A stretch of DNA of 32,000 nt, taken from positions 9,068 through 41,067 of the forward strand of contig CALWSP010000015.1 of assembly GCA_944384235.1 (NCBI GenBank). Direction: 5' to 3'. The DNA is from an uncultured Clostridia bacterium. GTDB lineage: Bacteria; Bacillota; Clostridia; Lachnospirales; CAG-274. Made by a program: the position numbers and the translations under genes. The notes beneath the pieces are model-generated. The model was not told the DNA's origin. It did not search any database and saw only the letters and a list, made by a program, of their open reading frames with translations. Positions within the stretch are counted from its first letter, which is position 1; every line of letters begins with the position of its first letter. Shown one piece after another: positions 8,998-17,319 of the stretch.

Positions 8998-9981
8998 TTA
9001 TTTCTCCTTTAGTTTAAAAAACAATGTTTCTAAAAGCAACTGTGTATTTATGTTAAACAAAAGTTTATTTTGAGCTTCGCTTAAAGCGTCACATCTGTTA
9101 ATTAATTGAGTTGTTGTTGCTTTTAACGCAATTTGTTTTGTTTGAGTTATTTTATCTCTTTGGATTATGTTTTTTGGGTTTTCTGTTTCTTTATAAACCA
9201 AAGCATCTCTAAAAACTAGATAAAGAATGTCTAAAATGGTTTTTAAAGTTTCTTTATCTTCTTTTATTTTATCTATTGTGTTATAAACATCAATTAAGTT
9301 TAAATTATCTATATTTAAGGCAATATTAATTGCACTATCTCTTACATCTCTAAATTCTGTGGAATTTATTAATTGGTTAGCCTTACCTATGCTACCTTGA
9401 GAGTAGACACTATATAAATAGGCTTGTTCAAAATCTATATTAAAAGTTTTATTTAAATAGGTTTGAATTAAATTATGTGGCAACGGCCTTAATTTAAACA
9501 TTATGCACCTAGAAAGAATAGTTACAAGAAGTTTATTATAATTTTCGCAAAGCAAGATGAATATAGCATAGTCTGCTGGCTCTTCAAGGGTTTTTAAAAG
9601 AGCATTTTGAGCTTGTATATTCATTTTATCTGCTTCATCTATTATAAAAATTTTATATTTATTTCTATAAGGTTTTACAGTTATGTTTTTTATTACTTGA
9701 TTTCGTATATCTGAAACTGTTATATCTTTTTTTTCGTGAGTTACATATATAATGTCTGGGTTATTATTGCTATCAAATGTTTTACAGCTTATACATTGGT
9801 CGCAACAAGATGTGCTATGTTGTTCACAATTTAGCGTTTTAGCAAATTCTTTTGCTAAGGTTAATTTACCTACGCCATCTTGACCAGTTAAAATATATGC
9901 GTGATTTATTCTATTGTTTTTTATTGAAGATTGAATGTAGTTTATTATTTCTTTATGGCCTAATATTTTATTAAAACTCAT
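8998..9981 (-). CDS. holB: DNA polymerase III subunit delta'
   Basis: 327 aa. HAYILTGQDGVGKLTLAKEFAKTLNCE plus a Cys cluster and the SRC motif (ILSRC). Confidence 0.9.
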   Translation of the reverse strand: MSFNKILGHKEIINYIQSSIKNNRINHAYILTGQDGVGKLTLAKEFAKTLNCEQHSTSCCDQCISCKTFDSNNNPDIIYVTHEKKDITVSDIRNQVIKNITVKPYRNKYKIFIIDEADKMNIQAQNALLKTLEEPADYAIFILLCENYNKLLVTILSRCIMFKLRPLPHNLIQTYLNKTFNIDFEQAYLYSVYSQGSIGKANQLINSTEFRDVRDSAINIALNIDNLNLIDVYNTIDKIKEDKETLKTILDILYLVFRDALVYKETENPKNIIQRDKITQTKQIALKATTTQLINRCDALSEAQNKLLFNINTQLLLETLFFKLKEK

Positions 9982-9984
9982 AAA

Positions 9985-10617
9985 TTACAACCCATTCTTT
10001 TCTAAAAGATTGTTTACACCATTTACAATTATTTGGTGTATTTCGTTTATATTTTTTTGTGCGTCAACAACTTTTATTCTATTTTTATTATTTTTTGAAA
10101 GACGAACATAGCCATCATACACTCTTTGATGGAAGCTAAATTTTTCTGCTTCTAATCTATCTAAAGTTGCCTGTTTTTCTTTTCTTAAAAGACCTTGTTC
10201 GGGTTTTAACTTTAAGAGAAAAGTTATGTCAGGCTCTAGGTTTGAAACAGCGTATTTATTAATTGACTTAACTGTTTTTGCTCCTATTGAACGAGCAAAG
10301 CCTTGATATACAATAGAACTATCTAAAAACCTATCACTTATAACAATTCCACCTTCTTTTAGGGTTGGAAGAATGACTTCTGAAACTAATTGAGCTCTAG
10401 CTGCCGCATACAGAAGTGTTTCTGTCATATCTGACATTTCAGAGTTATTTTTATCTATTATTATTTCTCGAATTTTTTCGCTAATTTTCGTGCCACCTGG
10501 CTCTCTAGTGCAGACTACTTTATAGCCTTTTTCTTCTAAATAAGCTTTAAGTAAGTTTATTTGTGTTGTTTTACCTGCACCATCTGTACCTTCCATTGTT
10601 ATAAATAAACCTGACAT
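9985..10617 (-). CDS. tmk: dTMP (thymidylate) kinase
   Basis: 210 aa with P-loop EGTDGAGKTTQ and a DRF motif. Confidence 0.93.
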   Translation of the reverse strand: MSGLFITMEGTDGAGKTTQINLLKAYLEEKGYKVVCTREPGGTKISEKIREIIIDKNNSEMSDMTETLLYAAARAQLVSEVILPTLKEGGIVISDRFLDSSIVYQGFARSIGAKTVKSINKYAVSNLEPDITFLLKLKPEQGLLRKEKQATLDRLEAEKFSFHQRVYDGYVRLSKNNKNRIKVVDAQKNINEIHQIIVNGVNNLLEKNGL

Positions 10618-10634
10618 ACATATTCTCCTTGATT

Positions 10635-11396
10635 TTATCTTGCTAACCAGCCACCATCAACTGCTAAAGTGAAGCCATTTACATAGTTTGAAGCTTCTGA
10701 ACTAAGGTAAATTACTGCACCCATTAAATCATCTGGAGTGCCCCATCTACCTGCTGGTATTCTTTCTAAAATTTGCTCTGAACGTTGATTATCTTGTCTT
10801 AATTGAGTTGTGTTATTTGTTGCCATATAGCCTGGAGCTATTCCATTAACATTTATGTTATGTGCTGCCCATTCGTTTGCTAAAGCTCTTGTTAAGCCTA
10901 AAACAGCTGACTTGCTTGCAGTGTAAGCAGGAACACGAATTCCGCCTTGGTAGCTAAGCATAGAGCAAATGTTTACTATTTTGCCACCATTTCCCTGTGC
11001 AATAAACTCTTTTGCAACTGCTTGAGAGAGGAAGAAAACTACTTTTTCGTTAATGTCAATAACTCTATCCCAATCTTCTTCTGTTACATTTATTGCATCT
11101 TCTCTTGAAATGATTCCAGCGTTATTTACTAGAATATCTATTTTACCATAAGCATTTTTAGCTTGAGCTATTATTTCGTTAATTGGTGAAGTTGAGCTTA
11201 AATCTGCTATTATTTCTGTGAATTCACCGTTATTAGCTTCAATGAGGGCTTTTGTTTCAGCACAGCTTCTTCTTGCTACGCCACAAACTTTAGCACCTGC
11301 TTGAGCAAGGGCAACACAAATTCCTTGGCCAAGACCTGTGTTAGCACCTGTAACTATTGCTACTTTGTTTTCTAATTTAAATAAATCTAAAATCAT
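10635..11396 (-). CDS. kduD: SDR-family oxidoreductase, 2-dehydro-3-deoxy-D-gluconate 5-dehydrogenase (KduD)-like
   Basis: 253 aa. TGANTGLGQG cofactor motif, NNAG, and catalytic YxxxK (YTASK). The substrate assignment rests on resemblance only. Confidence 0.65.
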   Translation of the reverse strand: MILDLFKLENKVAIVTGANTGLGQGICVALAQAGAKVCGVARRSCAETKALIEANNGEFTEIIADLSSTSPINEIIAQAKNAYGKIDILVNNAGIISREDAINVTEEDWDRVIDINEKVVFFLSQAVAKEFIAQGNGGKIVNICSMLSYQGGIRVPAYTASKSAVLGLTRALANEWAAHNINVNGIAPGYMATNNTTQLRQDNQRSEQILERIPAGRWGTPDDLMGAVIYLSSEASNYVNGFTLAVDGGWLAR

Positions 11397-11485
11397 AAAT
11401 ATTCCTCCCTGATATTTTTATATAAAATTTAATTTTATACAAAAATAGTATAACATATATATTTTTTAAGTTCAATAAAATATGA

Positions 11486-11514
11486 TTGAAAAATCTGGAG
11501 AAATATGTTATTAT
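11486..11514 (+). promoter_or_regulatory. Sigma-A type promoter (TTGAAA-17 nt-TATTAT with TG extension) for the regulator-trxA pair
   Basis: ttgaaa at 11486-11491, tgt at 11506-11508, tattat at 11509-11514. Confidence 0.55.
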
Positions 11515-11541
11515 TAAAGAACATCATGGAGGTGTTTATAT

Positions 11542-11904
11542 ATGGCAATACAAGAATCCGGTGAAAATTATCTTGAAGCAATACTGGTTATTAAACAAAG
11601 GAAAGGTTATGTTAGATCTATTGATGTTGCTCACGAGCTTGGTGTTTCCAAACCTAGTGTTAGTAGGGCTATGTCTGTTCTTAAAAAAGAGGGACTTATA
11701 GATATGGACGGCCTTAATCAAATTTTATTAACTGAAGAAGGCAGAAAAATAGCCGAAAATATATATGAAAAGCATCGTATAATTACGAAATTTTTAGTTT
11801 TATTAGGTGTTGACGAGGAAACAGCAGCAGAAGATGCCTGCAAGATGGAACATATTATTAGCCCATTATCTTTTGAGAAAATTAAAGAACATATTTTAAA
11901 GTAA
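11542..11904 (+). CDS. DtxR/MntR-family metal-dependent transcriptional repressor (two-domain short form)
   Basis: 120 aa. N-terminal ENYLEAI, wHTH (IDVAHELGVSKPSVSRAMSVLKKEGLI), and metal-site-like KHR and CKMEH motifs. RBS ggaggtg. Confidence 0.85.
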   Translation: MAIQESGENYLEAILVIKQRKGYVRSIDVAHELGVSKPSVSRAMSVLKKEGLIDMDGLNQILLTEEGRKIAENIYEKHRIITKFLVLLGVDEETAAEDACKMEHIISPLSFEKIKEHILK

Positions 11905-11950
11905 ATATTTTTTGGGCAAAATTATTTTATAGCTTTAAGGAGGTAATATT

Positions 11951-12256
11951 ATGTCAGTTATTACAATTACAAAAGAAAATTTTGAAGATGAAGTTTTAAA
12001 TAGTGACAAGCCTGTGCTTGTAGATTTTTGGGCAGAGTGGTGTGGCCCTTGCCGTATGCTTTCTCCTGTGGTAGATGAGTTTGCTGAAGAAAATAGCGAA
12101 GTTAAGGTTGGAAAAATTAATGTTGATGAGCAGCCTGAGCTTGCTATGAAGTTTAATGTTATGACTATTCCAACTCTTATTGTATTTAAAAACGGAGAAG
12201 TTACAAACAAAAGTGTTGGTGTGATTCCAAAAGAGCAAATTAGCACTTTAATTTAA
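11951..12256 (+). CDS. trxA: Thioredoxin
   Basis: 101 aa with the canonical WAEWCGPC active site. RBS aaggagg. Confidence 0.95.
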   Translation: MSVITITKENFEDEVLNSDKPVLVDFWAEWCGPCRMLSPVVDEFAEENSEVKVGKINVDEQPELAMKFNVMTIPTLIVFKNGEVTNKSVGVIPKEQISTLI

Positions 12257-12267
12257 TTAAATTTTAA

Positions 12268-12295
12268 ATCCCACTTTTTAAAAGTGGGATTTTTT
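12268..12295 (+). terminator. Rho-independent terminator after trxA
   Basis: atcccactt-loop-aagtgggat hairpin followed by a T-run. Confidence 0.85.
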
Positions 12296-12305
12296 AAAAA
12301 AGTTA

Positions 12306-12334
12306 TTGACAAAAAATAAAAAATGTTATATAAT
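12306..12334 (+). promoter_or_regulatory. Perfect-consensus sigma-A promoter (TTGACA-17 nt-TATAAT) upstream of tRNA-Leu
   Basis: ttgaca at 12306-12311, tataat at 12329-12334. The tRNA starts 14 nt downstream. Confidence 0.8.
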
Positions 12335-12347
12335 TTAATTAATCTAT

Positions 12348-12427
12348 GCGGATATGGCGGAATTGGCAGACGCGCTAGACTTAGAATCTAGTTCCTAGGA
12401 GTGGGGGTTCAAGTCCCCCTGTCCGCA
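12348..12427 (+). tRNA. tRNA-Leu (anticodon UAG), class II with long variable arm, no encoded CCA
   Basis: Hand-folded. Acceptor gcggata/tgtccgc, 3-bp D stem, anticodon stem ctaga/tctag with loop cTTAGaa, an 11-nt variable arm, and T arm ggggg-ttcaagt-ccccc. Confidence 0.88.
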
Positions 12428-12454
12428 TTTTTTATTTAACTAAATATATTAAAA

Positions 12455-12545
12455 TTAGCAGGGGAGCTTGTGTTGGCAGGCTGAGAGGAAGTAATTAACT
12501 TCGACCCTTTACCTGATACGGATAATGCCGTCGTAGGAAGTCGAT
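12455..12545 (+). promoter_or_regulatory. TPP (THI-box) riboswitch aptamer
   Basis: Conserved ctgaga at 12481-12486 and thi-box acctgatacggataatgccgtcg at 12511-12533. Lies directly upstream of the thiamine salvage genes. Boundaries are approximate. Confidence 0.88.
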
Positions 12546-12561
12546 ATTTTGAGATTTTTAT

Positions 12562-12587
12562 GGGATACCGTATAGGTATCCCTTTTT
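12562..12587 (+). terminator. Riboswitch expression-platform terminator
   Basis: gggatacc-gtata-ggtatccc hairpin followed by ttttt, 21 nt before the thiM start. Confidence 0.8.
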
Positions 12588-12608
12588 GTTGTAAAAAGGG
12601 GTGTTTAT

Positions 12609-13430
12609 ATGTTTAAAACTTATTTAGAAAATGTTAGAAAAGAAATTCCGTTAATTCACAACATAACAAATTATGTTACGGTAAATGATTGTGCAAATAT
12701 TATTTTAGCTTGTGGAGCATCTCCCATAATGGCAGATGACGAGGAGGAAGTTGAGGAGATAACAAGCATTTGTGACGGGTTAAATATAAATATTGGAACT
12801 TTAAACAAAAGGACTATTAATTCTATGTTTATGGCTGGAAAAAAGGCAAATGAAAAAGGCAACACTGTTGTTTTAGACCCTGTTGGAATAGGGGCATCAA
12901 AACTTAGACGAAAAACTGTTGAAAATTTATTAGAAAAAGTTAAAATTAATGTTATTTGCGGAAATATTTCAGAGATTAAGGCTATTTTTACAGAAAATGG
13001 AACAACTAAAGGTGTTGATGCAAATATTTATGATGAAATTACTGAAGATAATATAGAAGATATTGTGGTGTTTGCAAAAAAATGTGCAAAAAAGGTTAAT
13101 TCTATTATTGCAATTACAGGTTTAATTGACGTTGTTACTGACGGAGAAAAGGCTTATTGTATATATAACGGAAACAAAATGATGGCAAAAGTTACAGGAA
13201 CTGGTTGCCAACTATCAGCTTTAATTGCTAGTTTTATTGCTGGAAACAAAAAAAATCAATTAGAAGCAACTTTTGTTGCAGTTTGTTGTATGGGGCTTGC
13301 AGGGGAAATTGCATACAAAAGATTAAATGTATTTGATGGAAATTCTTCATATAGAAATTATATAATTGACGCAATTTACAACTTAAAGGCTGAAGATTTA
13401 GAAAAGGGAGCAAGGTATGAAATTCGATAA
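12609..13430 (+). CDS. thiM: Hydroxyethylthiazole kinase
   Basis: 273 aa with PLIHNITNYVTVNDCANIILACGASPIMA and TGTGC motifs. Confidence 0.92.
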   Translation: MFKTYLENVRKEIPLIHNITNYVTVNDCANIILACGASPIMADDEEEVEEITSICDGLNINIGTLNKRTINSMFMAGKKANEKGNTVVLDPVGIGASKLRRKTVENLLEKVKINVICGNISEIKAIFTENGTTKGVDANIYDEITEDNIEDIVVFAKKCAKKVNSIIAITGLIDVVTDGEKAYCIYNGNKMMAKVTGTGCQLSALIASFIAGNKKNQLEATFVAVCCMGLAGEIAYKRLNVFDGNSSYRNYIIDAIYNLKAEDLEKGARYEIR

Positions 13431-14061
13431 AGATAGTTTGTTACTTTATGCAGTGACTGACAGAAGTTGGACTTTTGAAAAGAGTTTATACGAACAAGTT
13501 AAAGAGTGTTTAAAGGGAAAGGTTAGTTGTGTTCAGCTTAGAGAAAAAGACCTTAGTTATAAGGATTTTTTAAAAGAAGCTACAGAAATTGGCAAGTTGT
13601 GCAAAAAATATAATGTGCCATTTATTGTTAACGACAATGTGGAAATAGCAATTAAAAGCAGAGCTGACGGAGTTCATATTGGGCAAAAAGATATGGATAT
13701 TAAAAGTGTTAGAAAGTTAGTTGGAGAGAAAATGATAGTTGGAGTTTCTGTTCACAATGTTAAAGAGGCAAAAGAAGCAGTTGAAAACGGAGCTAATTAT
13801 TTAGGTGTTGGAGCTATGTTTTCTACTTCAACTAAGTTAGATGCAAAGACTGTTTCTTTAGATGTTTTAAAAGATATTTGTAGAGTTTCTAATGTTCCAG
13901 TTGTTGCAATAGGTGGCATAAACAAAAATAACATTGATAGTTTATCTGGAAGTGGTGTTAATGGAGTTGCGTTAGTTAGTGCAATTTTTGGGGCAGAGGA
14001 TATTAAAAGTGAGTGTGAAAGTTTATACAAGTTATCAAAAGAAATGGTTGAAAGGGGATAG
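13417..14061 (+). CDS. thiE: Thiamine-phosphate synthase
   Basis: 214 aa with LYAVTDR, VQLREKD and HIGQKD motifs. Overlaps thiM by 14 nt. Confidence 0.92.
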   Translation: MKFDKDSLLLYAVTDRSWTFEKSLYEQVKECLKGKVSCVQLREKDLSYKDFLKEATEIGKLCKKYNVPFIVNDNVEIAIKSRADGVHIGQKDMDIKSVRKLVGEKMIVGVSVHNVKEAKEAVENGANYLGVGAMFSTSTKLDAKTVSLDVLKDICRVSNVPVVAIGGINKNNIDSLSGSGVNGVALVSAIFGAEDIKSECESLYKLSKEMVERG

Positions 14062-14069
14062 AAGATTAA

Positions 14070-14852
14070 ATGAAAAAAGTTTTAACAATAGCAGGCAGTG
14101 ATTGTAGTGGTGGAGCTGGAATACAGGCTGATTTAAAGACAATGGCTACAAATGGAGTTTATGGTATGAGTGTTATAACGGCTTTAACGGCACAAAACAC
14201 AACAGGTGTTAGTGGAGTTATGGAAGTTAGTGGAGATTTTGTTAAAAAACAGATAGATATGGTTTTTACTGACATTTACCCAGATGCAATTAAAATTGGA
14301 ATGGTTTCAAGTGCTGATTTAATTGATGTTATAGCAGAAAGGTTAAACTTTTATGGGGCTAAAAATATTGTTGTTGATCCAGTTATTGTGGCTACATCTG
14401 GTTCTAAATTAATAAATGATGATGCTATTGATATTTTAAAAAGCAGATTATTTAAAATTGCAGATGTTATTACGCCAAATATATATGAGGGTAGTATTTT
14501 AGCTAATATGGAGATAAAAAACAAAGAAGATATGGAAAAGGCGATTATTAAGATTAATAACGAGTTTGAGTGTTCTGTTTTATTAAAAGGTGGGCATAGT
14601 GTTAATGATGCAAATGATTTATTATGTGAAAATGGGAAATTAACTTGGTTTGAGGCAGAAAGAATTGAAAACTTTAACACACACGGAACAGGTTGCACTT
14701 TATCTAGCGTAATTGCTTCAAACCTTGCAAAGGGAAATGAGCTTTATAGTTCAATTAAAATGGCTAAAAGCTATATTTCATCTGCCTTAGAATATGGGCT
14801 TGATTTAGGAAAGGGAAGTGGGCCTTTAAACCACAGTTTTATGATTAAATAA
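14070..14852 (+). CDS. thiD: Bifunctional hydroxymethylpyrimidine/phosphomethylpyrimidine kinase
   Basis: 260 aa with VLTIAGSDCSGGAGIQADLKT and GTGCTLSS motifs. Confidence 0.92.
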   Translation: MKKVLTIAGSDCSGGAGIQADLKTMATNGVYGMSVITALTAQNTTGVSGVMEVSGDFVKKQIDMVFTDIYPDAIKIGMVSSADLIDVIAERLNFYGAKNIVVDPVIVATSGSKLINDDAIDILKSRLFKIADVITPNIYEGSILANMEIKNKEDMEKAIIKINNEFECSVLLKGGHSVNDANDLLCENGKLTWFEAERIENFNTHGTGCTLSSVIASNLAKGNELYSSIKMAKSYISSALEYGLDLGKGSGPLNHSFMIK

Positions 14853-14871
14853 AAATTTATATAAAAAAAAT

Positions 14872-14899
14872 AAAAGGGATTATTTTAAATCCCTTTTTT
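14872..14899. terminator. Bidirectional terminator shared by thiD (+) and sigH (-)
   Basis: aaaagggat-loop-atccctttt hairpin flanked by an A-run and a T-run. It abuts the sigH stop codon. Confidence 0.8.
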
Positions 14900-15524
14900 A
14901 AGTTAATTGATTTTTATTTTGAACTATTGTATAAACTTTTTTCTTAATTCTTTGAAGTGCATTATCAATGCTTTTTTCTTCTTTATTCATTAAATTAGCA
15001 ATTTGTGTATAGCTTCTACCTCTTAGATAATAGCCTAAAACTTGTTGCTCCATATTACTTAAGCTTTTTAAAATTTCTCTTTTTAAAATTTTTAAATTTT
15101 CTTTTGCAATTATTTCATCTTCAGGGTTACCACCTGAAAGGCTTAAAAGGTTTATGTAGGCGTAGTTATCATCTTCTGTGCCAACAGGTTTATCTATTGA
15201 AATTGATGTGTTAAGAGGGCTATGTTTTTTTCTACTTGCAGTTTTAATGGCACTAATTATTTGTCTATTTATGCAAAGCTCAGCAAAGGACAAAAAGCTG
15301 GCTTCCTTTTCTGGGTTATAATCTCTTATGGCTTTATAAAGACCGACCATACCCTCTTGAATTACATCTTCTTTATCTGCACCAAAGATGAAATAGCCTC
15401 TTGTTTTTTTTCTTATTAAGCTTTTACATTTATAATTAATTAAGTAGTCTAAAGCCATAATATCATTTTGGGTTTGAACTAAAGTTACAAGTTCTTCATA
15501 GCTCATATTAGTATATTTTTCCAT
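14898..15524 (-). CDS. sigH: RNA polymerase sigma factor SigH (sigma-30, early sporulation/transition state)
   Basis: 208 aa. Region 2 DVIQEGMVGLYKAIRDYNPEKEASFLSFAELCINRQIISAIK and an HTH in region 4. Conserved position after yacP. Confidence 0.88.
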   Translation of the reverse strand: MEKYTNMSYEELVTLVQTQNDIMALDYLINYKCKSLIRKKTRGYFIFGADKEDVIQEGMVGLYKAIRDYNPEKEASFLSFAELCINRQIISAIKTASRKKHSPLNTSISIDKPVGTEDDNYAYINLLSLSGGNPEDEIIAKENLKILKREILKSLSNMEQQVLGYYLRGRSYTQIANLMNKEEKSIDNALQRIKKKVYTIVQNKNQLT

Positions 15525-15528
15525 AAAA

Positions 15529-16047
15529 TCACCTCTTTAATCTCAATTGTTCTAAAAACTCAGCAGACTTTTTGTCTAAATTATCTATAAGCATATTGTT
15601 TTTAACAGGTTTATTTTGACTAATTTTTTCTGCTATATGTTTATTATTTGCCATTACTTCTAGATACAAATCTCTTGCTGACATTCTTAAAGCACCTTGG
15701 CTTAAAATTATTATTTGTTCAAGGCCATCTGATGTGGCAACTGTTACATTATAGTTTTTTTTAAGCTCGTTAGTGGTTTTTTCTATATATTGGTCTGCCG
15801 TTTCAGCTTCTTTTGTGTAGACAATGTAAATATCTCCTTCTTTTGTTATTGAGCCTTTTCCTCCCTCAACTTTATAAGCATCAAAGACAAGTATTAAATT
15901 CATTTTTTTTGTGCCTTGATAGTTACAAAGATGGTTTATAAGTTTTCTCTTTGCTGCCTCAAGAGATTCATTAGCTAAATTTTTTAGCTCCTCCCAAGCA
16001 AAAATTATATTATATCCATCAACTAACAAATAATCCTTATTTTTCAT
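15529..16047 (-). CDS. NYN-domain ribonuclease YacP/Rae1 family
   Basis: 172 aa. The YLLVDGYNIIFAW N-terminus is typical of YacP. Sits 4 nt upstream of sigH. Confidence 0.85.
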   Translation of the reverse strand: MKNKDYLLVDGYNIIFAWEELKNLANESLEAAKRKLINHLCNYQGTKKMNLILVFDAYKVEGGKGSITKEGDIYIVYTKEAETADQYIEKTTNELKKNYNVTVATSDGLEQIIILSQGALRMSARDLYLEVMANNKHIAEKISQNKPVKNNMLIDNLDKKSAEFLEQLRLKR

Positions 16048-16158
16048 TGAAATAGTTCCTTTTTATACAATATTTTTATTAACTAACATTATAATTGATT
16101 TTTGAAACAATAACAATAGTTTTTTTGATTAAGATAAATTTAAGGTTTAATATATTGG

Positions 16159-16187
16159 TTGAAAAAAAGAAGAAATTAGGTTATAAT
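16159..16187 (+). promoter_or_regulatory. Sigma-A type promoter (TTGAAA-17 nt-TATAAT) for mscS
   Basis: ttgaaa at 16159-16164, tataat at 16182-16187. Confidence 0.6.
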
Positions 16188-16201
16188 AGCATAAAATAAT
16201 T

Positions 16202-17062
16202 TTGTGGGTGGTGGTTTTTATTAGCATTGCACATTGGTTTGCAAATTACATTGAAATGCCAGAAATAGAAAACATTATTGGTTTTATTTTAAAAATAATT
16301 TTTACTATTTTGTTGTTTTTTATTACAGGATTTTTAGTTAAAATAAGTAAAAAGATAATTTTTAAAACTTTAGACAAATTTACAAGGGAAAGACATTCTG
16401 ACACAGTTGCTTCTTTACTTTCAAGTATGGCTAAATATGCAATTTATTTTATTATTTTATGTAACATACTTGTTATGTGGGGAGTTAATGTTACTTCGAT
16501 TTTAGCTATTGGTGGCGCTGTATCTGTTGCTCTTGGTTTAGGTGCTCAAGACATTGTAAAAGATATGATGGCGGGACTTTTTATTATTACTGAAAACCAA
16601 TTTGGTGTTGGAGATATAGTTGAGTTAAATGGTTTTAGCGGAACTGTTGAAAACATAGGTATGAGAACTACTAGCATTAGAAACGCTGATGGTAATGTTC
16701 ATATTGTGCCTAACGGGCAAATAAATGTTGTGACAAATATGAGTAAAGGTTTTAACAGAGCTATTGTTGACATTTGTGTTGCCTATGGCGAGGATATAGA
16801 CAGAGTGTTTAGCGTTCTTGAAAATGAGCTTAAAAAGATTATGGACCAAAATTTAATTGACGGAATTATATCTCAGCCTAAAGTTTTAGGCATTAATTCT
16901 CTTGCTGACAGCTCAATTATTATTAGAATTTCTGCTGATAGTGAAATTGGGGAAAATTGGAGAATTGAAAGAGAGCTTAGAAAGTTTATTTTAAAAAGAT
17001 TTGAAAAGGAAAACATTGAAATACCTTTTCCTCAAATTGTTGTTCATAAAAGGGAGGCTTAA
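16202..17062 (+). CDS. Small-conductance mechanosensitive channel (MscS family)
   Basis: 286 aa with three TM helices, then pore helix GGAVSVALGLGAQDIVKDMMAGLFIITENQFGVGD and a beta domain. The start is uncertain: TTG at 16202 has no RBS and lies very close to the predicted TSS. In-frame GTG 16208/16211 or ATG 16256 are alternatives. Confidence 0.85.
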   Translation: MWVVVFISIAHWFANYIEMPEIENIIGFILKIIFTILLFFITGFLVKISKKIIFKTLDKFTRERHSDTVASLLSSMAKYAIYFIILCNILVMWGVNVTSILAIGGAVSVALGLGAQDIVKDMMAGLFIITENQFGVGDIVELNGFSGTVENIGMRTTSIRNADGNVHIVPNGQINVVTNMSKGFNRAIVDICVAYGEDIDRVFSVLENELKKIMDQNLIDGIISQPKVLGINSLADSSIIIRISADSEIGENWRIERELRKFILKRFEKENIEIPFPQIVVHKREA

Positions 17063-17065
17063 AAA

Positions 17066-17251
17066 ATGGATATTCAAGTAGGGGATATTGTTGTTATGAA
17101 AAAGGCTCACCCTTGTGGGTCTAAAGAATGGAAAATTGTTAGAATAGGTGCTGACTTTAAAATGGAATGTTGTGGTTGTGGCCACTTAGTTATGATTTCT
17201 AGAGTTAAGGCTGAAAAAAATATTAGAAACGTTATTAGAAATGAAAAATAA
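17066..17251 (+). CDS. DUF951 family small protein (YyzM-like)
   Basis: 61 aa. VGDIVVMKKAHPCGSKEWKIVRIGADFKMECCGCGH is typical of DUF951. RBS ggagg lies inside the mscS 3' end, with a 3-nt gap. Confidence 0.8.
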   Translation: MDIQVGDIVVMKKAHPCGSKEWKIVRIGADFKMECCGCGHLVMISRVKAEKNIRNVIRNEK

Positions 17252-17319
17252 TTGTAACTATTATTTTTATATAAAATGTGGTAAAATATAATTATAAAAA
17301 ATTTTGGAGGTAGAAAAAA

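Noticed and set aside
11486-11701. 71-aa plus-strand ORF overlapping the DtxR-family gene start, and a 61-aa minus-strand ORF at 11536-11721.
   Set aside because: They are out of frame with a well-supported regulator gene that has a strong RBS. The products are hydrophobic and low-complexity with no translation signals.
12348-12427. tRNA-Leu as an integration site (attB) marking a genomic island.
   Set aside because: No integrase or recombinase gene was seen anywhere in the window. I saw no second copy of the tRNA 3' end (ggttcaagtccccctgtccgca). The flanking genes (trxA, thiMED) are core metabolism.
17252-17319. Possible PyrR-type attenuator or other leader upstream of pyrE.
   Set aside because: The 68-nt region contains only a TGgTAAAAT-like -10 and an RBS. 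There is no terminator/antiterminator hairpin and no PyrR-box-like stem.
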